DNA of 64,000 nucleotides, from the IMG/VR virus record IMGVR_UViG_3300024999_000038, positions 32,001 through 96,000 of that record; one strand, given 5' to 3'. This DNA comes from a virus. The notes under the pieces are model-generated. The model saw only the letters and a list, made by a program, of their open reading frames with translations. It did no database searches and was not told where the DNA came from. Position numbers and translations under genes: made by a program. Shown one piece after another: positions 1 through 10,105 of the stretch (positions within the stretch are counted from its first letter, which is position 1; the number at the start of each line of letters is the position of its first letter).

Positions 1-2
1 CA

Positions 3-245
3 GTCAATGGAGCACTGAAAGACCTTGCTAAAGAAGTTGAAAAATACAGCAAAATTGAAGCAGAAGCACTCAAGGATATGATCAAAGACAAATCAATTTC
101 CAATATTCTAAACATAGACAATGGGAATGACTGCTATTACATAGAATGTATCGAAGTTTCCCAAGCAGCGAGAATGATAAACGATGAAGAAAACGAATAC
201 AAAGACGCAAACTTTTACATAATGATAAGATTCATTAAGGACTGA
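3..245 (+). CDS. 3' part of hypothetical protein (truncated by window start)
   Basis: Open frame VNGALKDLAKEVEKYS...IMIRFIKD* ending at TGA 243-245, overlapping a terminator. Confidence 0.7.
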   Translation, partial: VNGALKDLAKEVEKYSKIEAEALKDMIKDKSISNILNIDNGNDCYYIECIEVSQAARMINDEENEYKDANFYIMIRFIKD

Positions 246-263
246 GAAGTCCTTTTTCTTTTT
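237..263 (+). terminator. Intrinsic terminator
   Basis: AAGGACT-gaga-AGTCCTT followed by TTTCTTTTT. Confidence 0.75.
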
Positions 264-271
264 CCAATTAA

Positions 272-340
272 TCCATAACAAAATCATTATAACAGACCAC
301 ACTGTATAACAGATTGATTATAACAGTATAACAATAACAG
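272..340 (+). repeat. Tandem array of six ATAACA(A/G) motifs
   Basis: ATAACA at 275, 289, 306, 320, 328, 334. Confidence 0.9.
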
Positions 341-521
341 ACTATTAAGCAGGGAACAGTCTATTTTACTTATCCTTAAACATTATACCTCTCACAAATC
401 AAAACCTCTTATAATGCCCTTCTAGGGCTTATAAACGCTACATATCACACTAATTACATGTACTATTTTAACCCTATATAGTAGAAGCAATAAAATCACA
501 CCTATAAAAATAAATATTAAC

Positions 522-556
522 TAACATGGTTTTTCCTATTGTTTCTGTGCTATAAT
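522..556 (+). promoter_or_regulatory. Extended -10 sigmaA promoter (near-identical copy at ~7633-7667)
   Basis: TAACATGGTTTTTCCTATTGTTTCTGTGCTATAAT; TG-n-TATAAT ending 556. Confidence 0.75.
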
Positions 557-600
557 ATACATAGTAGATCAAATAAATTAAACAAAGGAGTTGCTTACAT

Positions 601-1080
601 ATGACTGCTACAGCTAACCTCTTGGGCTACACTGGTAAAGTAAATATCCTAGAAGAAACCACTACAGGTTACGAACTCGAACTTCTCCAAGGTGATCTAA
701 AAGGAAAGAGAACATTCATTTCTAAAAATTCCAAAAATGAAACACTAACCATTTCAAACCAAAAATTCACTTCTAAAATCTCTTACATAGTAGACAAAGA
801 ATATAACGAGGACACCAAAACAGAGCAAGTATACACCAGAAATTTTGAACTAACCATAACGGCATCAAGTGAAGAGATAGCAGGAGAAATTTGGGATAAC
901 TGCTTCAAATACTTAGTAAAAAATTCTGACATAAATCTTGGTTGGGTAGGATGTCCTGGAACAGAGGATTTAGAAAATGGAAAATTTAGCTACACTGATT
1001 GCATAACAATATTTGACAAATCAGAATATGAAGAACTTAAGGATATATACAAAGAATGGAAGAAGTTGGGTAAGATATAA
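601..1080 (+). CDS. Hypothetical early protein
   Basis: ORF with AAGGAG RBS, own promoter and terminator. Confidence 0.85.
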   Translation: MTATANLLGYTGKVNILEETTTGYELELLQGDLKGKRTFISKNSKNETLTISNQKFTSKISYIVDKEYNEDTKTEQVYTRNFELTITASSEEIAGEIWDNCFKYLVKNSDINLGWVGCPGTEDLENGKFSYTDCITIFDKSEYEELKDIYKEWKKLGKI

Positions 1081-1100
1081 AAGTCTTACCTTTTTCTTTG
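1067..1100 (+). terminator. Intrinsic terminator
   Basis: GGTAAGA...TCTTACC followed by TTTTTCTTT. Confidence 0.8.
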
Positions 1101-1108
1101 TCAATTCT

Positions 1109-1153
1109 TCCATAACAAAACTATTATAACAGCATAACAATATACTTATAACA
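1109..1153 (+). repeat. Tandem array of four ATAACA motifs
   Basis: ATAACA at 1112, 1126, 1134, 1148; first 24 nt nearly identical to 272-295. Confidence 0.9.
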
Positions 1154-1193
1154 AATCAACTTAATTCTACAATATTAAAATAATTATAATTAT

Positions 1194-1222
1194 TTGACAT
1201 ATATCATAAAATTTGATAACAT
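1194..1222 (+). promoter_or_regulatory. sigmaA promoter
   Basis: TTGACA-17 bp-TAACAT with TGn extension. Confidence 0.65.
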
Positions 1223-1394
1223 AGAATAAATTATACAAATCTAGAGAAAGGAGAATTAAATTTGAATATTTTAGATTGTTTAGGTTGTAAATATATTGTA
1301 ATTGAAGGTTATTGTTTTGAAATGCAAATAGAAATATACAAACTAAAAACCAAATGTCCTAAATGCACTAGGCAATAAGGAGGAATTTTGAACT

Positions 1395-1826
1395 ATGTAT
1401 AAAACTATTACAACTTATGATAAAAATGGAGATTGGAATCATAAATATGTAATTGATAAAGAAGACGACAAATATTATTATTTTATTGATGGATTTCAAG
1501 GCGACGAATTAAGATTAGATAAAGAATTGGAAATTCTCCAGTATAATGGTAACAACAATTCATGGATAACTTTTAAAAATTGGTTAGATGTAAAAGAAAA
1601 ACCAACATTTAAAGTAGAGTTTAAAATGGTAAATGAAGATATAGAAGACATGCAAGAAAGAATTATATTAAAAAGTTACGAAAGAAAATATTATCACATT
1701 AAATTTGAATCTGAAAAACTTCGAGAAGTTATGCTAAAATTAACTGAAAAAATTAATGAACTAAGCGACGAGCTAGACATAGTTGGAGAAATGTTTGAAA
1801 ATAGTTTAAAATTTAATGAACAATAA
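1395..1826 (+). CDS. Hypothetical protein
   Basis: AAGGAGG RBS; followed by terminator AGAGGCTC-taac-GAGTCTCT-TTT. Confidence 0.85.
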   Translation: MYKTITTYDKNGDWNHKYVIDKEDDKYYYFIDGFQGDELRLDKELEILQYNGNNNSWITFKNWLDVKEKPTFKVEFKMVNEDIEDMQERIILKSYERKYYHIKFESEKLREVMLKLTEKINELSDELDIVGEMFENSLKFNEQ

Positions 1827-2024
1827 ACAAATTAGAGGCTCTAACGAGTCTCTTTTCTATTCCCATATAATCACACCACTTCCCACATTAAACCTCTTAC
1901 AATCAATCCTGAAGCATCTAATGCTATCATATAACTCTTATTACCTTTGCCTTATTGCCCTTATTATTTATCTATCCTCTGCTATCACTCACAAATTAAC
2001 CAAAAACAAATCATAAAATAAAAT

Positions 2025-2053
2025 TTGACAATCCATCCTATAAATGTTATACT
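2025..2053 (+). promoter_or_regulatory. sigmaA promoter
   Basis: TTGACA-17 bp-TATACT with TGn. Confidence 0.85.
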
Positions 2054-2229
2054 TATTGCCTAGAATAATTATATTTATTCTAAATAAATTGAAAGGAGAA
2101 AACATGCTAATAATGATTTATATCTATTCGTCCGGCTATGTGTAGCACTCTATTTATCTATTATCATTCAGCCACCAAACCACTGCAATAAACATAAAAA
2201 TAAATTAAAATGAAAGAGGTAAAATTAAA

Positions 2230-3258
2230 ATGATTAAATTACCCATAGCACTAGATTTAAATGCTAATCAATTAACCCATATTACCAACGTAAATAAAGA
2301 CAATAAAGAATCTTTTAACTTTGTTTGCCCACAATGTAAAACTACTTTAATGGTTAAAATAGGAGACATAAACGTCCATCATTTCGCTCATAAAAATCAA
2401 TGTGATATTAATTCAGAAACAATAATACATATATTGGCTAAAAAAGTGATAGCAGAAAATAATGAAATAGTTTTACCTATTTATAATCCAATTAGTCTTA
2501 AATGGCAACATGTTAAAAAAGATTATACATTAAGCGCAGTAGAATCTAGTTATGAGGATATTATTCCAGATGTTATAATAAATATAGACGATAGGCCCAT
2601 ATTTATTGAAGTTGCTTATAGTCACTTTATTGATAATGATAAACTTGAGAAGTTAAAAAGAATAAATATTGAAACATGGGAAATTGATTTGCGTAAAATA
2701 GATTTATTTGATTATGATAGCTTTAAAAATATACTATTAAACGAGATATATAATAAGCAATCTATAATAATTGATTATAAAAATTATGGCAAAGAATTAA
2801 TGAATGAATTAAAGATACTTAAAAAATCAAATATATTTTACAATGAATTATTAAATCAATATAAGCAAATTAAAAATGAAGTATTTATAAAAACTAAAAA
2901 ATTCACCTTATTAAATGGTGATAATTATCTAAGATTAGTTGATATGAAAGATAATAAAGAATATTGGTTAGTTATTAATGCATTACATAGAGATATGTTA
3001 TCATATGCATTTGTTGGTGCTTATAGTTTTTCAGATAAAAATATGAAATACAATAATTCTATTCATTATTCAATTGGCAAAAATAAATATTATTATCAAT
3101 CTGGATCAATTAAAGCAGAAGGACTTGGAAGTTTACACTGGGAATTAGAAAAACTATTGAATGGAAATAGAGTTAATTTAAAAAGCAATATTAAAAATGA
3201 TAAATTTATGTTATTCAGTACAATTCAAATAATTAAACCATTAAAGGAAGTAAAATAA
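2230..3258 (+). CDS. CoiA-like / PD-(D/E)XK nuclease family protein
   Basis: N-terminal CPQC...HHFAH...C..ET.IH zinc module; PDV...IFIEVAYSH catalytic-type motif. Confidence 0.7.
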   Translation: MIKLPIALDLNANQLTHITNVNKDNKESFNFVCPQCKTTLMVKIGDINVHHFAHKNQCDINSETIIHILAKKVIAENNEIVLPIYNPISLKWQHVKKDYTLSAVESSYEDIIPDVIINIDDRPIFIEVAYSHFIDNDKLEKLKRINIETWEIDLRKIDLFDYDSFKNILLNEIYNKQSIIIDYKNYGKELMNELKILKKSNIFYNELLNQYKQIKNEVFIKTKKFTLLNGDNYLRLVDMKDNKEYWLVINALHRDMLSYAFVGAYSFSDKNMKYNNSIHYSIGKNKYYYQSGSIKAEGLGSLHWELEKLLNGNRVNLKSNIKNDKFMLFSTIQIIKPLKEVK

Positions 3259-4512
3259 ATGAATATATTAAAATTAAGAGAATATGTCCTAACATCTAAT
3301 TCAATCAAAAATTATAAAATCCTTTGTGGTATCTTAGATATACCAGTTAAGGCCAGCACAAACAGTAAACAAGCACAATATAAGGAAATGGATAGATACT
3401 TTAAATATCATAAAGAGGGAAATAAATTTATTATTGATGAAATATACAATGAAATATTGCCTAAAGTTGATAATAGAGGTGGCGCACATAATGTCACAGA
3501 ATACACTAAATATATAGAAAACTTAATACTAGATTTATTAGTACAAGGAGGAAACAATAAGCAAGGATTCGGGAGAGTTTTCCTAAGTAAAAATCAACTC
3601 TTCAAAGAATTTAATATGATTAATGATAATTATGTTTTTTGTAAACGCAGAATATTAAAATTATCTAAATTTATGAATATTAATAAAGAAACTGTAGAAG
3701 AGTGGTATGATCTAAATGATGATATGCTTGAAAGAAATTTAAACCAAGCATTGAATAGTTTGGAAAATCAATCTTTAATAACGTGGGAAAAGGAGTTAAC
3801 TGTGGCTAAAGCAATGCCTCTAGCAGAAATTAAAAAAGATGGTACAGAAGTAGTTAAAAGAAAATATATAGACAAATATGATGAGGAGCAAATTGATTAT
3901 AAGTATCGCGCAGATGATGAAATACAATTAAATTATAGGGAAGGCACTGATAAGGAAAAAGCATTTATAATAAAGACAGAAAAGGAAATTTTTAAAGAAT
4001 TAGGTTGCGATAGCAAACAAAAGGTTATTAAATTTGGTTTATGGGAAACATTTAAAAATAAAGTAGATGATATAGTATTGAAAGAATTAAATATTGCTTT
4101 CTACTATAAATCATATAAAATCTTATTTAATGAAGAACACATATCAGAAGCAATTGATGATATTTATGGCAAATGTGAATTAACTGAAGAAGAGAAACAT
4201 GATAGTAAATATCTTATTAATAATGATGTAATAGACAGAACCATCACAAATGCAGAAAATAGACATGAGAAGGCAGTAAAAGAAAAATCTAAAATCATTG
4301 GCAGAATGAAAAATGATAAAGAAGGTAAAAGAACTAAAAGAAGGGCTGAGGAAAATTATATAGATGATAATATTGAATTAGGAAATAGTTTAATATTTAT
4401 AAATGCTACTAATATTAAGGATAAAGTAAAGAAAACTAAATTAGATGTTATTGTTGATATAGATATGGATGAAATATTAGATAAATTATTAAATGAAGAT
4501 GAAATAGAGTAA
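3259..4512 (+). CDS. Hypothetical DNA-binding/replication-like protein (KNYK.LC..L...K....SK.AQ.KE..RYF type)
   Basis: 417-aa ORF abutting the upstream stop; followed by a long palindrome. Confidence 0.55.
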   Translation: MNILKLREYVLTSNSIKNYKILCGILDIPVKASTNSKQAQYKEMDRYFKYHKEGNKFIIDEIYNEILPKVDNRGGAHNVTEYTKYIENLILDLLVQGGNNKQGFGRVFLSKNQLFKEFNMINDNYVFCKRRILKLSKFMNINKETVEEWYDLNDDMLERNLNQALNSLENQSLITWEKELTVAKAMPLAEIKKDGTEVVKRKYIDKYDEEQIDYKYRADDEIQLNYREGTDKEKAFIIKTEKEIFKELGCDSKQKVIKFGLWETFKNKVDDIVLKELNIAFYYKSYKILFNEEHISEAIDDIYGKCELTEEEKHDSKYLINNDVIDRTITNAENRHEKAVKEKSKIIGRMKNDKEGKRTKRRAEENYIDDNIELGNSLIFINATNIKDKVKKTKLDVIVDIDMDEILDKLLNEDEIE

Positions 4513-4519
4513 GAAATAA

Positions 4520-4583
4520 AATCGACCAATTTGAAGTGTCCATTATATTATAGTATATAAAGGGGATGTCTAATTGGTCGATT
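4520..4583. repeat. Long inverted repeat downstream of the 417-aa gene
   Basis: AATCGACCAATT (4520-4531) ... AATTGGTCGATT (4572-4583) with further inner pairing. Confidence 0.85.
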
Positions 4584-4748
4584 CTTATAATTTTATTATT
4601 ATTAATCAATCAATCAAAGAGAACCCAACGAAAGCAGGTGTAGCGGTTGAAGCGTCAACCTTGCTAAATATTCGCTATCGCTCATATTTAGGATTATTCT
4701 TTGCTTATCATTTTTCTTCTTTCTCTATTTAGAAACATAAAATAATAA

Positions 4749-4777
4749 TTGCCATACGTTAAATATTTTGATATACT
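4749..4777 (+). promoter_or_regulatory. sigmaA promoter
   Basis: TTGCCA-17 bp-TATACT with TGn. Confidence 0.8.
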
Positions 4778-4826
4778 ATCAATATCCACTAATTCCACTA
4801 ATTAAATATCAAAAGGAGGTTTCCCA

Positions 4827-5255
4827 ATGGCAAAACGAAGAACCAACCAAGACATGCAAAAAGCAGCAAACACTTGTCGCTTATTTCTCTTAGCAGACAA
4901 TAATCCTCATACAGCTTATGAGCAATACATAAAAGATCATATGCTTTCCGGTCAACCAATGCCTTATTATATCCAAGGTATTAAGGATTTTATCACAGCG
5001 TCAAAAATGCTACAACAAGATATCCTGGCAATCAGAAAAGAAAAAGAACGCTCAGAAAATCAATTAAATGAAAAGCAAACAGACTTAGAACTTATCAAAT
5101 CCTTAGATATTAAATTAGTAATGCAAGCTTATAAAACATCATCGGGAACCGCTAAACTAGAATTATGTAATTTAGCAAATATGATACACGCTAAAGACTT
5201 TACTGGTATTACGCAATCAGAAATCTATACTGCAAAGGAATTTCAATTAATTTAA
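4827..5255 (+). CDS. Hypothetical early protein
   Basis: AAAGGAGG RBS, ORF track. Confidence 0.85.
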   Translation: MAKRRTNQDMQKAANTCRLFLLADNNPHTAYEQYIKDHMLSGQPMPYYIQGIKDFITASKMLQQDILAIRKEKERSENQLNEKQTDLELIKSLDIKLVMQAYKTSSGTAKLELCNLANMIHAKDFTGITQSEIYTAKEFQLI

Positions 5256-5332
5256 AAAGAAAGAAGGCCACCAAAATGTTGGCATAGGTTTTTTTATTAA
5301 ATTAATCAAATACATATTAGGAGGTTGTTTAA

Positions 5333-5911
5333 ATGTTTATACATCCAGAACTTAAAACCACTGCAAAGGTTACATACAACATTGAATATACTGAAAAGGA
5401 TGAAGATTTCAAAGATGATTTTTCCAACGTAAAAAAAATCAATTGCAAGGACTTAGAGGAAATGACTAAGTATATGTTCCAACTCAGACAACGCAATATG
5501 TACAATATTAATCTTTATACATTAGTCGAAAATAATGGTCAATGGATTATGGAAGATCATGCACAACAATGTGAATTTTATAAAGATACTTTACAAGCTG
5601 AAAAGACTCACAAATATAACCGAGAATTAACTGAAAATATGGAGGAAATGCAGAAAGAAATAGACTTATATAAAAAATTCATTGCTCAGTATAATGCCAC
5701 AAAAGAATTCGAAAAATGGAAGAAGGAACAAACTGCTTTTACTTATTATTATAGACTGAGACCTCCCAGTATTGGTTGTCAACCAACAAAAGGAATGTTA
5801 GAAATGAATGGCGAAAAGATAATTCACAATGACAGAGAGTATTGGGGATCTTGCAATTATGATAGAGAATTGACTGATAAAGAACTTTATGAATATGACT
5901 TAGATAAATAA
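5333..5911 (+). CDS. Protein with C-terminal DarA-C (defence against restriction A) domain
   Basis: C-terminus YYYRLRPPSIGCQP..G....YWGSCNYDRELTDKELYEYDL matches the DarA_C signature. Confidence 0.75.
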   Translation: MFIHPELKTTAKVTYNIEYTEKDEDFKDDFSNVKKINCKDLEEMTKYMFQLRQRNMYNINLYTLVENNGQWIMEDHAQQCEFYKDTLQAEKTHKYNRELTENMEEMQKEIDLYKKFIAQYNATKEFEKWKKEQTAFTYYYRLRPPSIGCQPTKGMLEMNGEKIIHNDREYWGSCNYDRELTDKELYEYDLDK

Positions 5912-6166
5912 AATATATTAGAGAACTAAATTAATTATTAGTTCTCTTTTCTTTTGTCTATGTTCTTACCCTCATATAATCCCTTCAGACCTTCCACGAT
6001 GTCATATAAGCTCTTATAAATCAAATCTGATATAATCCCACAACAAAAAGATAATAAGGCCACAAACAACGCTAATATAATTATTTATGTTTTGCTATTG
6101 TATTTATGTTACAAACGATTATAATTATAGGTAATTACATATAAAATTTAAAGGAGCTGGCACAAC

Positions 6167-6340
6167 ATGGACAACAAAGCATTAGACACCAGAAACGAGT
6201 TAAATTTTATCAAGGATTTTACAAGATCAACTCTTACCGGATTAGAAGTAAATAATAGCATAGAGGATTATGCAATAAAAAATTACATCAAAGAAGTTGA
6301 AAGAAGTATCGCGCTAATCAAAAAAGCAAATAATCTATAA
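6167..6340 (+). CDS. Small hypothetical protein (57 aa, not in ORF track)
   Basis: AAAGGAG RBS, MDNKALDTRNELNF..., upstream TTGTAT/TATAAT promoter, downstream terminator AAGTCG-gaaa-CGGCTT-A-T8. Confidence 0.75.
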   Translation: MDNKALDTRNELNFIKDFTRSTLTGLEVNNSIEDYAIKNYIKEVERSIALIKKANNL

Positions 6341-6518
6341 GTCGGAAACGGCTTATTTTTTTTGCGCTTATATCCGGCATTTATGACGCAATCAATACTT
6401 TCAAACTCTTGTTTTAATGGGATAATTAATAAGTGTAAAATAATTGTTGACTAATTAGCATTCAGTGTGATAGAATACATTAACGGATTAAATAAGGAAA
6501 TGAAAGAGGTTATAACTT

Positions 6519-6737
6519 ATGAGAATGCATATAAACCGTGACAAGGAAATCGAGGAAAGAATTAATAATGAAATTGATGCTTGCAAAATGGCCTATAAAA
6601 TTCAGGACAATGAAGGTAATAGATTTGTTTTTGGCGGTATAGAAAATGGTTTTCCTTGGTATCGAACAAGAGGAGGAAGTAAACATATTTTTGATTTAAA
6701 TGGGTACGAAGTGTTAGAACAATATTGTAAATTATAA
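6519..6737 (+). CDS. Hypothetical protein
   Basis: TTGACT/TAGAAT promoter 6447-6476, RBS, terminator 6740-6768. Confidence 0.8.
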   Translation: MRMHINRDKEIEERINNEIDACKMAYKIQDNEGNRFVFGGIENGFPWYRTRGGSKHIFDLNGYEVLEQYCKL

Positions 6738-6978
6738 TTAAGACTCTCAGGAGTCTTTTTTCTTTTCCTTAAACATCATACCCAATACTAATTAAAACCT
6801 CTCTAATGGCCTATTCTATAGCTCTGATAGTATCCGGGAATCCCTTGTGTATGTTTATTCTGTATCCCATAAACCGAAAATAAATATTCAAAAGTCATAT
6901 ACAAATATGTAAAAATTATGATACAATGAATTGAACGCTAATTTTAATTTATTGATATAGTGAATATAAATATAATTG

Positions 6979-7007
6979 TTGACGTTCAATAATAGAAATG
7001 CTATAAT
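6979..7007 (+). promoter_or_regulatory. sigmaA promoter
   Basis: TTGACG-17 bp-TATAAT with TGn. Confidence 0.85.
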
Positions 7008-7042
7008 GCATTATCAGGTTATTTTAAGGAGGTTCATTACAT

Positions 7043-7450
7043 ATGAAGTCAATGTCTAAACCACAACAACGACGATATCTATCTTATCAACGTGATAACC
7101 GCACTGAAAAAGATTCTTACTACTCAAGTTCAGATATAGTGATTTTCAGACAATATGATAAAAGACTTAGTATACTAAAAAGTGATAATGTTTTTGTATT
7201 TGAGAATATAATGAAAGAATATTTTTTAGGGAATTACATTTATGACATTGATACATTTTGTGCTTACTTACTTTTAAACTATAAAAAGACACAAACAGGA
7301 CTAGTAAAAGTTATGGAAGAAATGAATGTATCAAAATATCATAGAGAAAAATTAGAGAGTTATTGCTTGGGGTTACAAGTAAGGTATAGATACGAAGTTA
7401 TAACCGCATCATTTACTAATGATTTGGATACAATCAATATTAAAATCTAA
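7043..7450 (+). CDS. Hypothetical protein
   Basis: AAGGAGG RBS; terminator 7449-7480. Confidence 0.85.
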   Translation: MKSMSKPQQRRYLSYQRDNRTEKDSYYSSSDIVIFRQYDKRLSILKSDNVFVFENIMKEYFLGNYIYDIDTFCAYLLLNYKKTQTGLVKVMEEMNVSKYHREKLESYCLGLQVRYRYEVITASFTNDLDTINIKI

Positions 7451-7699
7451 GAGCCTCTAAACAGGTTCTTTTTTTCTTTTCCGGTACTAATTGACCATGA
7501 ACAAATTTAAACCTCTTAAAGCGTCCATTCTGACTCTCTGAAACTAGCCTATAGCCTCATTCTACATTTCAATTTATAGAACCAAATGCCCATTTCATGG
7601 GTTGAGTATAAAGGGAAAATAATTATTTTTATTAACATGGTTTTTCTTATTGTTTCTATGCTATAATAAGGCATAAGCAAAAAGAAAGAAGGTTATTGT

Positions 7700-8236
7700 A
7701 TGAAAAAGGTTACACGTAGTTACTTCACTATTCGCCAAGTTGACATGGGCCACGGTTGGGTATCTTATGAAAAACAATTCTTAGGAGATATGAAGTTTAT
7801 CAATATCTCATACGTTGACTATGATCAAGATGATAATGAAGTTGGTTCTGGTAATGAAGACTTTAGCCTTGAAAGATACTTAAAAGTTATGGAAATCAAT
7901 CTTAATGAATTAGTCAGAAACAATGCACCAGTTAAACCAGAAGTTACCCAAACAACCTTTGTACAATACATAAATGCAAATAGATACAATCAAGTATTCA
8001 CTTCTGACATAGAAAAGTTTAGTTCTGAATTATTATCCATCATGATAGCTAAAGAAGGAGAAGTCAGAAGAACTGGGCAGGATTTCGGCGGCTGGAATTA
8101 TGAAGTAATAAACAATAGAATTCTAGTCCTCGAACTTGGTGCTTGGAGATATGGACAAAAAATTAAGTGGGATATGGAGAAAAATTGCATAGCTGATAGT
8201 AGAAAGAAAGAGTATAGAGAATTAATTAAGAAGTAG
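7700..8236 (+). CDS. Hypothetical protein
   Basis: Promoter copy at ~7633-7667, RBS AGAAGG, terminator AAGAAGTA-gaaa-TACTTCTT-TTT. Confidence 0.85.
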   Translation: MKKVTRSYFTIRQVDMGHGWVSYEKQFLGDMKFINISYVDYDQDDNEVGSGNEDFSLERYLKVMEINLNELVRNNAPVKPEVTQTTFVQYINANRYNQVFTSDIEKFSSELLSIMIAKEGEVRRTGQDFGGWNYEVINNRILVLELGAWRYGQKIKWDMEKNCIADSRKKEYRELIKK

Positions 8237-8384
8237 AAATACTTCTTTTTCTTTGTCCCTGCTCCTATAATCCCAATACCCATGAATCCTATATTTGGTC
8301 TGGTTAAATTAGAGTAAAAAAATTAATTATTTTTACATTATATTCTATCTATGTTATAATCTCTAAAAGGAGGTGAAAAATAAA

Positions 8385-8555
8385 ATGGACAATGATAAAT
8401 TAATTGATGTACTCTATTCCATCACGGCAAGCCTAGAAAGATTAAATTTAGAAATTGCACGAATAAATGAAAAAATCGAATTGAATTATGAAGAGCGCAA
8501 CCTATCAAAAGAAATTGAAAATATAAACAAAGTAATAAAAGAAATCAGTAAATAA
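8385..8555 (+). CDS. Small coiled-coil hypothetical protein
   Basis: TTTACA-17-TATAAT promoter 8332-8360, AAGGAGGTG RBS favours ATG 8385; terminator 8554-8583. Confidence 0.7.
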   Translation: MDNDKLIDVLYSITASLERLNLEIARINEKIELNYEERNLSKEIENINKVIKEISK

Positions 8556-8713
8556 GAGTCTTACATAGACTCTTCTCTTTTTTATAGGGTAGCTCATACC
8601 TACCGGATCACAAATAAATATAAAATAATTTATAAAAACTTAACACAAATTAATAAATCTGTGTTATAATAAATCAAGTTCAAAAATACATAAAAAGAAA
8701 GTAGGTAATATAT

Positions 8714-8989
8714 ATGGTAGTTTTTATTCCAACTACTGAGGAATCCCCAATTTATAGTTATATTTTTGAAAATCCAAATGTTTATGAGGAATTTTTAGCA
8801 CCTACTATTTGCCGGATCATGAAAGGGAGAGAAAAATATCCACATTATGACCGGAATCGGCAATATAACACATTTTACAAAGTAGCAAAACAAATAGTTG
8901 AATACTACATGGCGAAACATGGTGAAATTCATGACATTAAAACTTTAGCTTGGGATCTAAACAATTACTGCCATGAAATATATGTTTAA
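8714..8989 (+). CDS. Hypothetical protein
   Basis: TGTTATAAT at 8662-8670; terminator 9004-9040. Confidence 0.8.
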   Translation: MVVFIPTTEESPIYSYIFENPNVYEEFLAPTICRIMKGREKYPHYDRNRQYNTFYKVAKQIVEYYMAKHGEIHDIKTLAWDLNNYCHEIYV

Positions 8990-9265
8990 AATAAATTATG
9001 TGTAAAGGTTAGATAGATAATATCTAACCTTTATTTTTTGTCTAAAAAATGTCTCCCCGGTAGCAGCAGAGCAATTTTTAAAAATCTTGTGGGGTTGGCA
9101 CTTGTCATCAAATTACCTTTTAAGCCTTAAAATAACCCTTAGAAGCCACAAATGGCACTCTAAGGGCTTTATACTCTATACCATAGATAATCGAACCACT
9201 AGCAAAAACACAACCCCTTTAAACTTTATTAAAATATAAAATAATTATTCAATACCTATATACAA

Positions 9266-9403
9266 ATGTCTAAAAATCGTTATAAAACATTTGTTAATGG
9301 TTTTGGTGAAGCAACAAAAAGAAATATAACTTGTTCTGGATATGAAAGAGCAGAAAAACGTAATAGCAAAGCAATGTTATTGTTTGTAGGAGGTAAAAAT
9401 TAA
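9266..9403 (+). CDS. Small ORF lacking an RBS (possible 5'-deleted remnant)
   Basis: MSKNRYKTFVNGFGEATKRNITCSGYERAEKR...; no SD upstream; terminator 9402-9428. Confidence 0.4.
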   Translation: MSKNRYKTFVNGFGEATKRNITCSGYERAEKRNSKAMLLFVGGKN

Positions 9404-9520
9404 AGGGCTGAAAAGCTCTTTTTTCTTTGCTATCAATTCAAATATAATTATTGACCATTTTATATATTCTATGTTATAATTCATTAACGTCAAATTTAAG
9501 AAATCGAAGGAGTGCTACAT

Positions 9521-9673
9521 ATGAAATATGAAGTAACAAGATTATTCACTAAGGGGATATTCAAAGGAAAGACCCACACGGAAATTACCTCAGTAAAATT
9601 CGAGGTAGGATTCATTTGCAAGAACGCCATCGGTGGTAGCGACTATAAAATAATTTCCTGCAATCCAGTGTAA
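9521..9673 (+). CDS. Small hypothetical protein (50 aa)
   Basis: TTGACC/TATAAT promoter 9451-9480, AAGGAG RBS, MKYEVTRLFTKG... Confidence 0.75.
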   Translation: MKYEVTRLFTKGIFKGKTHTEITSVKFEVGFICKNAIGGSDYKIISCNPV

Positions 9674-9723
9674 ACATAAGGAAGGGTAAAACCTTCCTTT
9701 AATAATTTTAAGGAGTGGTAAAC

Positions 9724-10071
9724 ATGTTTAAACCAGTTACCAAAAAGCAAACTAATAAATTTCAAGAAAACTATGGTAAATTCATTTCTTCTCTTTTTGG
9801 CGTTGAAGTTGTTGGAGATACCAAAAAAGAAGCTGAGGAATATTTAGCAAATTTCATTCAATGGAATATGGAACCATTTCAGAAAATTTATCAATTTCAG
9901 AATCATCTTGCTATTCTAAAGCGCAGTAAGAATGCTGTAAATCAATACGAATATTCCAGAATAGAAAATGGTTTAGCACAGGGATCTACAATATTTAGTG
10001 CTGTAAGTGACAGAGCAGCAGAAACAAAAGGCAATGACTATTTCAGTCAATACTTAGATTGTATCAATTAA
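9724..10071 (+). CDS. Hypothetical protein
   Basis: AAGGAGTGG RBS spacing favours ATG 9724; terminator 10070-10102. Confidence 0.8.
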   Translation: MFKPVTKKQTNKFQENYGKFISSLFGVEVVGDTKKEAEEYLANFIQWNMEPFQKIYQFQNHLAILKRSKNAVNQYEYSRIENGLAQGSTIFSAVSDRAAETKGNDYFSQYLDCIN

Positions 10072-10105
10072 GGGCTAAATAAAATTTAGCTCTTTTTCTT
10101 TGTCC

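Noticed and set aside
272-340. CRISPR array or classical iteron origin
   Set aside because: Repeats are only 6-9 bp with irregular short spacing; no cas or adjacent rep gene.
1816-2016. 66-aa + strand ORF
   Set aside because: It runs through a terminator and the conserved ~60-bp element and has no RBS.
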